Below are positions 41,366 through 51,735 of a stretch of 64,000 bases of DNA, in pieces; the stretch's first letter is position 1; each line of letters starts with the position of its first letter. The stretch comes from Dictyostelium discoideum (Eukaryota), in NCBI GenBank assembly GCA_000004695.1, contig CM000151.3, positions 8,096,001 through 8,160,000 on the forward strand, in the 5' to 3' direction. The translations under genes and the position numbers were made by a program. The notes under the pieces were generated by a model that did no database searches, was not told where the DNA came from, and was given only the letters and a program-made list of their open reading frames with translations.

Positions 41366-41399
41366 CGTTTTTTTTTAAAAAGTAAACCTAATGATTTAT

Positions 41400-41880
41400 A
41401 CATGTTTATATTTAATAATTGAGAATTTTTATTTTATGACATTGGTTTTGAATTATTTTTAAAAAAATCATTTTAAATTTTCTTTGATTCGTTACATTTT
41501 TGTTTCTATCTAATGATCATTTTCCAATGATTTTATATTAATGGTCATTGGAAAATCCTTTAGCTAGGAATTCTATAGAGAATCATTGAGTAAATAATGG
41601 TTTCTATAGGAAATCTTTAAACAACCATTAAAAATCGTTGATTTTTCTTTGGCTCAATTTTTAATAGTTTTCTATGTAATGGTCACATCTATACCGTTAT
41701 CAATCTAAAACCATTGGAAATAACAATATCTAATGATTTTCAATAAAGTTCAATAAAATTATAAAAAAATGAAAATAATGGATTTCATTAAAAGAATTTT
41801 TTTAAAATAAGATTAAAAATTTTATTTAAAGAATTTTTTTATTGATTTCCATAAGGAAACCATTATATGATTTTTTTTTT
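41400..41880. repeat. Array of degenerate about 20-bp repeats containing CCATTGG / AATGGTC cores
   Basis: tccaatgattttatattaatggtcattggaaaatcc; aatggtttctataggaaatc; aaccattaaaaatcgttgat; taatggtcacatctataccg; aaaccattggaaataac; ggaaaccattatatgat. Followed at 42037..42072 by (GAAATTAATAAC)3 flanked by gatttgatttct direct repeats. Confidence 0.5.
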
Positions 41881-43056
41881 TTGTTTTTTTTTTTTTTATA
41901 AAAATGAGAAAACTATTGGTACTTTATTATAATTAAAATAAAATAAATATTAATAAATGTAAAACTTTATAAAATAAATATTATTATAATAAAAGTAATA
42001 ATAAGGATAGATTGATTTGATTTCTTGAAATTAATAACGAAATTAATAACGAAATTAATAACGAAATTAATTTGATTTCTAAAAAATGTTTATTTTTTTT
42101 TCTATTTTTAGTGTAAAAAAGGGGGAAATAATTTAATTCATCAGTGAGCTGTCATTTTTAGTTTTGAACGTTTTGCATCATCAGATTCCAATGTTTGACT
42201 ATAAATATTTTCTTTACTTTTAATCTCTTGTTTAATTATTCTCTATCACGTTTTGGTTTCATTAGACCCTTGTTATATTCCAATGCCGATGATTCATTAA
42301 TACGGTCAAACTCTTTTTGAAAAGGTGTAGGTGGTACTTTCTTTAATTTTTCGGTGAACAAAACCGATGATGATTTATCACCAGTTATAGTTTTTGAAAG
42401 TTTTTTCCTATCGATTGGCATCTCCAATGTTGAACCTTTTTTTTATAATTTTCTTTTAAATCCATTCAAATTCATTTTTTTAAAAAAAATTATTCAATCA
42501 TTTTTTTAAAAAAAAAAAAATTTAAACATTAATTAAAATTATATTTTAGAAATAAAAAAGAAAAAAATGGAGCTTTTAATTCCATTAAGTTTATTGGGAT
42601 TATATTTATTTTCAGGGACAAGAGATTCAGTTCATAAGGGAGAAGTTAAAGATGACTTGAAAGAGAAACCTATAAAAGTTAATTTTAATTTAACTGACTC
42701 TACAAAAGTTGACCATAAAACTCATCTCAAACAGTACAGTTCATTAAAACCAGGTGACACATTGGAAATATTATAACAAAAACATTTAGATCACTCTACG
42801 AAAGATTTAAAACACCCAGTATCCATTATCAATGATAAGTCTGACAGTAAAATTCATCTTAAACGAACATACCGGAAAAGTTAAAGTTAAATTTATTGAT
42901 CATACAATTCGTAGTGATGTTAGACCAATCTCATTTGGAATTAATAAAAAATAATTTATTTTCTAAAAAAAAAAAAAAAATTCTCTTTATTATTTATTAT
43001 TTATTTTTAAAATTAGTTTTGTTTTTTTAAAAAAAAAAAAAAAAGAAAGAAAAAAA

Positions 43057-44300
43057 ATGGGTATCAGTGATCAAATCAATAGTAATTTATCAAGTCAATC
43101 TCCATTTACTGTAAGTACAAACCCAAGTGATTCAATGTTTCTTCCAACAAACAGAATTGCAAAAACAGCAGATTGGAAAGAGGAGAAAAAATATTACTAT
43201 CCAAAAGAATCGATTCAAAGTATTTATGAAGGTACAACAGTTCGTATCGTAATCGATAAACAAAATGGTAGACTTTATGGTTTGGAAATGGTAGTTGAAA
43301 TTGGACCATTGACTGCAAATGGTGCTACATTTACACGTCTCTGTAGGGATGTTGCTCATTCGATGGCCTATAGTGTTTCAATATGGAATGGTAATAATGA
43401 AATTCATAGACTTCATATGGATCATGAAAGAATTGAGATGGTTTTAACTAAATTAAAACATGAAAGGGACATGGAAGATAAGATGGCCGGTTACTATGAT
43501 GATGCGACACGTACTGCATTGGGTGCAACAAAACAAAAATTAATTTTTGATTTGAATTTCTTTCATACTGTCCACACTTCTGATGCACTCTATTTAAATG
43601 CCTGGCATTGAAATACACTTATCAAATTAAGATCAATCCTTTAAGAAGATGGGTAGAAACCGATGGTACTGATCCAAAAGCTAATGATTTCAAAGTTTAT
43701 CTTCGTGCTGATATTATTCATACACCACAGGATGAATATCGTATAGTTCATAATACTATCAACACTGGTACTGGTATTTTTTCACCAATTGAACATACAG
43801 AGATGAAAGAGCGTGTAGTACTCAACGTTGGTGAATCAAAACATTATGTTCAATTAACAAACATTATTGGTAATGGTCGTTCTTATTTTGTTGTTTTAAG
43901 AAGATTGGCAGACACTGAAAATCCAAAAGCACCAAGATATGATGATTTCATGCCATGGGAAAATATGCGTTTATTACATGCCGGTAATAAGGAAGTTCAT
44001 TTACCACATAATAATATGATGGATTGTTTTAAACATTTAAAGCATCGTTTTCATTTTGATGCATCCTACAATGATGATAAATCTCCAAACAGTATGAATA
44101 TTTATGGCTTCAGTTTTTCAGCTAATCCTATCGATGTCAAAAATCGAACAGGTTGTTTTTCATTCTCACAAGCAAACAATCTTCAATTGGAAGTAACAAC
44201 AAAAACTCTAACTGAACCATGGGTACTCGATTTTTATACAGCATCCACTCAAATCATTCAACAATCTGGTAACACAGCAAAAACAATTCTCCATTATTAA
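43057..44300 (+). pseudogene. NCLDV-type (double jelly-roll) major capsid protein homologue, split by a frameshift at about 43600..43611 (ORFs 43057..43611 and 43608..44300)
   Basis: ORF1 QNGRLYGLEMVVEIGPL..VSIWNGNNEIHRLHMDH..KLIFDLNFFHTVHTSDALYLNAWH* resembles PBCV-1/FV3 MCP R(N/S)GD(L/Y)I..(V/L)V..L / IGGQRIDKHYNDW / PLIFFF..GLALPLIALQYHEVK. ORF2 continues the motif (EIK)YTYQIKIN after a frame change. C-terminal IYGFSFSANPIDVKNRTGCFSFSQANNLQLEV resembles HLYAYAFSL..PSGSCNFSRIDNA.L.L of NCLDV capsids. Combined length about 414 aa. Confidence 0.7.
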
Positions 44301-44440
44301 AAAAAAAAATAAAAAAGTATAAAAATAAAATTTTTTTTTTTTTTTATTTAAAATTGATAAAGAATTTTTTTATTAAAAATTAAGTCTATCGTTTCGTCGT
44401 TATCTTCTTTATCTTCGTTATCGTTGTCGATGGCATTGGT

Positions 44441-45443
44441 CTATAGATTATCTACTGATTTTTTAAAGATTTTTTTCTTTAGTTTTTTCATTTCTTTCTT
44501 TTTAGTTTTTTCCTCCTGAATTAACCACCACCCAGGGCATACTGAATCAGTGGGTAATGAACCCCTCTTTATATCAAAACGAGGCAAATCTTTAAATTGA
44601 TGGTATAGATTCGTATACTCATAAGGAGTGTATCTAAAGATTTCAAATTCTTTAAAAGAACTACCGATAGTAGACTTGTGTTTGGATGATAAAAACAAAT
44701 TTTTAAATTCAAACCATTATCACCTGGCGATAAAACTTCATGAAGTAATAATGTTTCTTTAAATTCCCATAGAAATATGTGATGATTCCTATCATTTTCA
44801 TTACAAACTCTACAATTCATTAGCTCCCGTTTCCTTAGAAGATCGATTAAAACCTTCCAATGTTCATCAATTTTCTCAAGTTTATGATTAAGAAAAAAAG
44901 ATTCCAGAGCAATTTTTATATGATGTAGCCGATTATCAAATCTATAAAGATGTTCTCAAACTTAATACAGTAAAAATTGGAAAGGATTTGGATGGAAAAC
45001 AATGTTTTATTCATGAGTTTGGTTCTTATGGTGACCGTATGGTTGGAGCATTGGTTGGTAGTGATCTCTTGGGTGGTTATAGTACTTTCTTTGGAATAAT
45101 TGTTTCGGTTTTCATAAAGAATAAGGACATTTCATTAAAATAATTCCTTCCATTGGTTAAAATCGATAGAGATTATACTGTTCCTGAAATGTTTGTTCTT
45201 TACAAAGAACTTAGATCAACTGGTCAATTTGCAAAATCACCAAATCTTTACAAATTTTATTGTTCATTACTTTGGCTCTTGGTAAATATTCATGAACAAC
45301 TTAGTGACGATGGTAAAAATGGTTTCGAATCTCAAGCGATCAACTTACCTCTTTGCAATTATATATTGGTGAATCTAAACACAGCGATTCCTTCGAAATT
45401 CTTTATTTTTTTTTTTTTTTTAATAACATCGCTCAATTTATAA
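44441..45443. other. Decayed GC-richer ORF fragments on both strands between the MCP relic and the tRNA (44441..44820 minus, 44905..45140 plus, 45153..45443 plus)
   Basis: Overlapping frameshifted minus-strand ORFs (CRVCNENDRNHHIFLWEF... / ...YTPYEYTNLYHQFKDLPRFDIKRGSLPTDSVCPGWWLIQEE). Plus-strand fragment ...GKQCFIHEFGSYGDRMVGALVGSDLLGG, reminiscent of a minimal nucleotidyltransferase hG[GS]..G....SD motif but with the second Asp missing. Followed by KIDRDYTVPEMFVLYKELRSTGQFAKSPNLYKFYCSLLWLLVNIHEQL. Confidence 0.3.
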
Positions 45444-45486
45444 AATTCTTTATTATGTTTGGTTAAAATTGAAAAAAATTATCAAA

Positions 45487-45559
45487 GGGGATGTAGCTCA
45501 GATGGTAGAGCGCTCGCTTAGCATGCGAGAGGTAAAGGGATCGATACCCTTCTTCTCCA
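45487..45559 (+). tRNA. tRNA-Ala (anticodon AGC), 73 nt, with a non-canonical T-loop
   Basis: GGGGATG acceptor with G3:U70. A box TAGCTCAGATGG. Anticodon arm CTCGC-TTAGCAT-GCGAG. T-arm AAGGG-ATCGATA-CCCTT (A54; B box GGGATCGATACC deviates from GGTTCGANTCC). 3' acceptor CTTCTCC (T6.T67 mismatch) plus discriminator A. T6 terminator follows immediately at 45560..45565. Confidence 0.8.
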
Positions 45560-45587
45560 TTTTTTGGGCCGACGATATGAGATCGCA

Positions 45588-45598
45588 GGTTCGATTCC
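45588..45598 (+). promoter_or_regulatory. Extragenic B box (ex-B) downstream of the tRNA gene
   Basis: Perfect GGTTCGATTCC about 29 bp downstream of the tRNA 3' end. Dictyostelium tRNA genes frequently carry such an external B box, which is also used for TRE3 targeting. Confidence 0.55.
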
Positions 45599-45831
45599 TA
45601 ATTTTATTATCAACAAATTTGAAATGTTTATAAATTTAACTTTACTCGAAAAGAGTTCAATTCAAACTTTAATAATATATGATTTGTAATAATAGTATAT
45701 TTAAATTATCTACTAAAAATTTCAATTTTTATTCATTAAAGACTATTTTAGTACCAATTAATAATATTACTTTTATTAGTTCATTAGATCAAGCATTTTA
45801 TAAATTTCAAAAATAAATAAAAAATAATAAT

Positions 45832-45873
<42 letters not shown>

Positions 45874-46775
45874 ATTTCAATTAAGATCTTTAGATGTGAT
45901 TCAAATACTTTGATATCAAAAAATTTACTACAATCAATTAAAATAAATTAATAATTAAATAAATAAAAAAAAGAGGTAAAAAAAAAAACTTAATATAGTT
46001 TATTTGTTTGAGTTTATTTTTTTTTTTTTTTTGTTTATGTATTTTTTACCGATATTTTTTTTTTTTCTGTCTCTCACTCTCTTACTTGAACATGTTGTTT
46101 TCAAGTATAAAAAAAAAATAAAAAAAAAAAACAAAAATAAAAATTGGTGGGTTGATTTTATTTATTTATCATTTTTAATTCCAAATCGGGTGTGATATTT
46201 GCTGGAAAAAAAAAATTATTTTTGTTTTTTTTTTTTTTTATTTTTTTTTTTTTAATTTTATTTTTCTAATAATATTAAAACTCATTAAAAAAAAAATAAT
46301 AATAATATTTCAATTCATTGTTCATTAAGCTTTATATATGTGATTAAAAAAAAATTAAAAAAAAAAAAAAAAAAAAATATAAAAAAAATAATTTATAACA
46401 CACACTCACAAATTTATACACTCACACAACACACCCTCACAAGTATAATATTTAAAATTCATATCAAATTTCAATTTTTTTTAACAACACACATATATAT
46501 AAATTCATAAAAATTATAATAAACAACCTCATTCATCAAATATTTGTAATTATTATTTTTTTTTTTTTTAATTTTATTTTTTTTTTATTTTTTTTATTTT
46601 TTTTTTTTTTTCTTTTAAAAGAAATAAAAAAAATAAAAAAAAGCTGTTTCTGTATAAAAAAAAAACAAAAAAAAAAAAAATTTATCTTCTTTTTATTAAT
46701 TTAAAACAATTTCAAATACCAAAAAATTTTTTTTTTTTTTAATTAAATAGTATACATACAATTAAAAATATTAAA

Positions 46776-47417
46776 ATGGATAATATCATTACAAATAGTA
46801 ATACCAGTGAAGTTGAAAATAATAGCAAACTCGATCTTTTGCAATCAACATTCCAATCAGCACCACAACAACAAATTCAACATAATCAAAAAAATCAACA
46901 ACAACAACAACAACAAAATTTAAAAAATATAAATAATTATCAAAATCATAATAATAAATTCAAAAGATGGAATGGATATTCCCCATCATTAAATAATTTC
47001 AATAATAATAATATCAATAATAATAATAATAATAGTTTTAATAATAATATTAGAAATTATAGTGATCAAGATTTAAAAAAAGAATTAGAATTAAGATCAT
47101 TAGAATTAATGAAAAAAGAAGAAGAGATAATGAAACTTCGTTCAAAATTAACAACACTTAGTGAACAATATACTCAAGAACTTGCAATATGTTGTCATTA
47201 TTCTAATAGCCTTTCCAATTTAAGAAAAGAAGTATATCAAATGAAAAATCAATTTTTGTCTAAAGAAGAACAAGTAAGTAAACTATTTTTTTTTTTTTTT
47301 TTTTTTTTTTATTCCATATATTAATATTATTTTAATTATTAGTATAAAAAACAAATCCAAGATCTTCAATATAAATTATACTGCGAATATCAACCAATTG
47401 GAAAGCTTAGAATTTAA
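46776..47417 (+). CDS. Poly-Gln/Asn-rich coiled-coil protein (hypothetical); exons 46776..47273, 47343..47417
   Basis: ORF MDNIITNSNTSEVENNSK...LKKELELRSLELMKKEEEIMKLRSKLTTLSEQYTQELAICCHYSNSLSNLRKEVYQMKNQFLSKEEQ|GTAAGT. Intron with T24. Acceptor ttattag|TATAAAAAACAAATCCAAGATCTTCAATATAAATTATACTGCGAATATCAACCAATTGGAAAGCTTAGAATTTAA. Confidence 0.5.
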
Positions 47418-47566
47418 TTTTAAAATATAAAGAATAAAATAATTAAAAAAAAAAAAGATAAATTAAAATTGTTTTATTTTTTATTTTTAAAAAAAAATTG
47501 GAATAATTAATAAACCACCTTTCCAGTCTTTATTTTTATTTTTATTTTTATTTTTATTTTTATTTT

Positions 47567-48624
47567 TTAAATATTTAATAAATTATTATAACATCTAATG
47601 ATTGAATCTCTGGAAGTTAAATAAGCTTGATTTCCAACGATATTAAAAGAAGTTACAACATCAGTATCAATACCAGATAAAGAGGTTATGATTTGATTTT
47701 TATCTAAATCCAACAAGAAACAACAACCATCACCAGAGGTAACCCAAATTGAATTTGCAATCTTTGAATTGGATGAATTTGCCTTTATATGATGAATTGG
47801 TGAGTTTGTAAATTGTAATCTACAAAAAGGTGAATTTAAATTTCTCTTATCCCAAAAGTAAATGGAACCATTATGGTCACCACCAATTATATAATTCTTA
47901 TGTACATGACAAGCATTGAATGCAACTGATCTTGTACTCTTTTCACCAGATTGTACAACATTCATTTGTGATATCATATTCTTTGATCTCAAATCAATTG
48001 CTTGTAAAAACCCTTCTTCTGCCGCTATAATCAATGTTTTACCATCTGTACCCACTTCTCTTTCATCAACTTTATTATTATCATTACTATTTGTAGTGGT
48101 GGTAGTTGGAATTGAGTCAAGTAATGATGATGCTATAAAACTATCATTAATTGGTCTTGATAATTTTGTTAAATTTGAAATGATCGATGATGTTGGTATA
48201 TCCCATAATTTACTTGTACCATCACGTGAACATGATACTAAATTTCTACCACGATCAACCAATGATGCCGATGTTATACCACCGATGTGTCCGACCAATG
48301 TAGAGGCGCATGTGCCTTCTATAGCATCCCAAATCTTTAATCTACTATCAGAGGAACCACTTAGTATAACCCTACCACTTGGGAAAAACATTGCCAAATC
48401 AACATCACCAACATGACCATCTAATTTTCTTCTAATTTGACCATCACCAGTTTCAAATACTTCCAATGTACCATCAGTACTACCATATACACCCAACTCT
48501 CCTAAATGACTAACACCCATTGATGTTATTCTTTTCTTTCCACCTGAAACTTTTAACTGTTTCTCTGGTGCATATATTTCAATACTATATTTATCATTTT
48601 CAACTCTAATATTATTTTTATTTT

Positions 48625-48664
<40 letters not shown>

Positions 48665-49072
48665 AAAATAAATAAATTAATAAATGTTTTTTAAATTAAT
48701 AAATAAATAAATAAATAAATAATATTTTTTTTTTTTTTTTTTTTCCTAAATTACAAAATAAATATTTATATAATTACTTTATTTGGTGTTAATTTAAATC
48801 CATAATCAGATTCAAATTTAAAATTATTTTCATCAATTTTGGTAGAATGAACTGATCCATGAATTGTATTTTTTAAATCTATAGTATTATAATAAAAAGT
48901 TTTTTGAATTTAGTAAATTAAAGAAAATATATATTGAAATATATATTAAATTACCTTTTTGATATGCAACCCAACAATTATCTGAATCTTGTTTATATGC
49001 CAATTGCCAATCATATTGAATTCTTACATATGGTAAAAAATGATAGGGTATTTCAGTTGTATTGCTTGTCAT
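47567..49072 (-). CDS. WD40-repeat protein; exons (minus) 49072..48955, 48878..48778, 48625..47567
   Basis: Multiple WD repeats (GHVGDVDLAMFFPSGRVILSGSSDSRLKIWD; VSCSRDGTSKLWD; GGDHNGSIYFWD). Exon junctions AAAG|GTAATT...ctatag|AT and AAA|GTAATT...aaag|GAA are phase-consistent and extend the 317-aa ORF to about 425 aa. Confidence 0.7.
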
Positions 49073-49871
49073 CTTTGTTATTATTGTAAATTAATAATTT
49101 GAAATTAAAAAAATGAATTTTTTTTTATTTTTTTTATTTTTTTTTTTTTTAATTTTTATTTTTTTTTTTTTTTTTTTTATTTGTGAAGTGAATAGAAAAA
49201 TTATGGAAAAAATAAAAAACTACTAATAAAAACAAAATTTGAAATAGAACAATTTTTATTTTTTACTTTTACTTTTATTTTCATTTTTTTTTTATTATTT
49301 TATTTCTCTTTTCACCAGTTCATTTAAAGAATATTTATTTTTTTTTTTTTTTACTAATACCAAAATCATTTATTTTTTTTTTTTTTTGATTTCCACATTT
49401 CTTTAAAATTATTCTTTTTAATAATCATCGGAATAGTTTGGGTGGGAAATTATTGATTTTTTTTTTTTTAAAAAATAATTATGATGTAATTATTTTTTTT
49501 TTTTTTTTAAATAATTATGATGTAACAATTACAAATTAATAAATTTAATTAAATTTAATAATAAATAAAATCTAAAAAACCTTTTTTTTTTTTTTCAATG
49601 AAAAAAATATTGAAAATAAAATGGAAAGAAAATTCGATAATGTCCTAAACTAAAATAAAAAAAAAATCTATAAAAAGATATTTTTAAAAATAAGTTTTTA
49701 TTTTTTTTTATTTTTTTTTTTATTTTTTTTTATTTTTTTTTTTTTTTAACCAGGGTATTTTTTTCTGATCAAAAACTGATTTTTTTTTTTTTTTTTTTTC
49801 ATTCCATTTTCTTTTAAAACAATTACTATTTTTTTTATTTTTTTTTTAAAAAAAAATAAATAATAAAAAAA

Positions 49872-50735
49872 ATGATGAAAAAATATTTAAATATTTATTT
49901 CTTTATTATTTTAAATTTAATATTATCAATTAAAATTGTAAAATCATCATATTCAAATTCACCACCAGATTTTTCATTTTTAGAAACTACTGCAAAAACA
50001 TTTTTAAGTTATTCATATGTTACATATTGTGATATAGATGATATTAGTAATTGGACATGTACTACATGTAAACATTCAGATGTTGAAGCATTCACAATTG
50101 TAAATACAATTTATAATGATACAACCGATACTCAAGCATATGTTGGCTATATTGGAAATGAGGTAATTGTTGCATTTAGAGGTTCAATGGATATTCAAAG
50201 TTGGATTACAAATTTACAATTTTTACAAATTGTTTACCCATTATACCCATCAGCAAAAGTACATAGTGGTTTTTATGACAGTTGGTCAAGTGTTAGAGAA
50301 CAAGTGAAGAGTTCAATTGATTTAGCATTAAAGCAATGTGGTAAGCAATGCAATGAAATCAAAGTAACCGGTCATAGTTTAGGTGCTGCATTGGCAACAT
50401 TGGCAATTGCCGAAATTCAAGGTTGGTACTCAATTCCTTCAACAATGTATAATTTTGGGTCACCTCGTGTTGGTGATTCTGTATTTGCTGAATACTTTAA
50501 TTCAATTCAACCAAATGTAATAAGAGTAACTTATGAACAAGATTTAGTACCACATGTACCACCTGAAAATGTTTTAAATTATCATCATATCCCAACTGAA
50601 GTTTACTTTAATACAAATTCAACTTTTAAAACTTGTGATGATAGTGGTGAAGACCAAACATGCGCCGATTCAACTATTGGTTATAGTATTTATGACCATC
50701 TTACTTATTTTGGTATGCATTGTTGTTGTCGTTAA
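49872..50735 (+). CDS. Secreted class-3 lipase (fungal-type triacylglycerol lipase fold)
   Basis: Signal peptide. VAFRGSMDIQSWITNLQF. Nucleophile elbow VTGHSLGAALATLA. YNFGSPRVG. Catalytic Asp/His context DLVPHVPP...DHL. 287 aa, single exon. Confidence 0.85.
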   Translation: MMKKYLNIYFFIILNLILSIKIVKSSYSNSPPDFSFLETTAKTFLSYSYVTYCDIDDISNWTCTTCKHSDVEAFTIVNTIYNDTTDTQAYVGYIGNEVIVAFRGSMDIQSWITNLQFLQIVYPLYPSAKVHSGFYDSWSSVREQVKSSIDLALKQCGKQCNEIKVTGHSLGAALATLAIAEIQGWYSIPSTMYNFGSPRVGDSVFAEYFNSIQPNVIRVTYEQDLVPHVPPENVLNYHHIPTEVYFNTNSTFKTCDDSGEDQTCADSTIGYSIYDHLTYFGMHCCCR

Positions 50736-51735
50736 ATAAATTAATTTTAATATTAAAAAAAAAAAAAAAAAAAAAAAAAGTTTATTTGTTTATTTATTTC
50801 ATTTTTTTTTTTTTTTTTTTTTTTTGATAGTCAAAATCAGAGTTTAGGAAAAGAGTTGGTTAAAAATAATGAGAAACTACACGAAAATAGTCAAAAATTA
50901 AAAATAAATATAAAAATAAAAAAATAATAAATAAACTGAAACAAATCAAATCAAAATTAAAATTGGATTCCAAAAATTGTAAAGAAAAAAAAAAAAAAAA
51001 ACATTTTTATAATAATCAATTTTTAAAATAAAATAAAAATTTAGACCATCATTTTATCAGTTGGATTTAAAAAAAACTCGAGTTTTCAATTCAACTGATT
51101 AAATTACCACCTTTGTATTGTTTTGAGTAGAGGCGAATGATTTATTTGAAACTGTAAAAAATAATTTTCAAGATTTTTTTTATTTTCCAACTTCTTTTTT
51201 TTTTTTTTTCCACAAAATTATTTTTTTTTTTTTTTTTTTTTTTTTCACCAAACTTTTATTTTACTAACTAACTTTTTCTTAAAATTATTTTTAAAAAAAA
51301 AAAATATGATTAGGCCTAACTACCTCTTTTTTATAAAAAATCCCAATCAGATCAAATAACTTTATTTTTTATTTATTTTTATTTTATTTTTTTTATTTTG
51401 CACGGATTTTTTTTTTTTTTTTTTTTGTTTTTAAACAAAATAATAGTTTATTTTATTTTTTATTTTTTTTAATCATCCAATCTACCCTTCATCAACCAAT
51501 AATTTTATTTATTATTTATTTATTTACTATTTAATTTTTATTTATTTTAATAATTTTTTTTAGTTTTTTCAATTTTATTTATTTATTTATTAATTAATTT
51601 ATTTATTTATTTATTTATTTATTTATTCCATGTTTATTACTTTTTAGTATCATTACATTTGTAAAATTAATTATTGTATCATTACTTTAAAAAAAAAATT
51701 AAAAAATTAAAAAATAATAATAAAAATTTAATAAA

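Larger units (their letters stand above)
40499..45480. other. Compositionally atypical island of about 5 kb (higher GC, non-Dictyostelium codon usage) ending about 7 bp from a tRNA-Ala gene; candidate relic of an integrated NCLDV-like viral element or other horizontal acquisition
   Basis: Flanking DNA is typical AT-rich Dictyostelium intergenic sequence. Inside, ORFs use CAG/CTG/GAG/GCC/CGT-type codons. It contains an NCLDV-type major capsid protein homologue (43057..44300), several unidentifiable ORFs, a CCATTGG/AATGG-motif repeat array (about 41400..41880) and decayed frameshifted ORF fragments (44441..45443). No RT/endonuclease ORF typical of TRE5/TRE3 was seen. Confidence 0.55.

Noticed and set aside
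42236-42900. Small ORFs 42236..42427 (minus) and 42567..42776 (plus) as confident genes
   Set aside because: They are short (63-69 aa) and unidentifiable. The plus-strand region shows frame-hopping repeated peptide motifs (KVNFNLTDSTKVDHKTHLKQ / KVKVKFIDHTIRSDV). They are probably decayed coding sequence of the island rather than functional genes, and are mentioned only under the island feature.
40499-45480. TRE5/TRE3/DGLT-A retrotransposon next to the tRNA gene
   Set aside because: I searched both strands of the island for reverse transcriptase (YxDD), AP-endonuclease or integrase motifs and found none. Poly(T) at 45403..45422 is not positioned as an element tail. The capsid homology points to a different origin.
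45560-45610. Second tRNA or tRNA fragment after tRNA-Ala (GCAGGTTCGATTCCTAA)
   Set aside because: Only a B-box-like T-arm is present, with no acceptor, D or anticodon arms. It is better explained as the known Dictyostelium extragenic B box.
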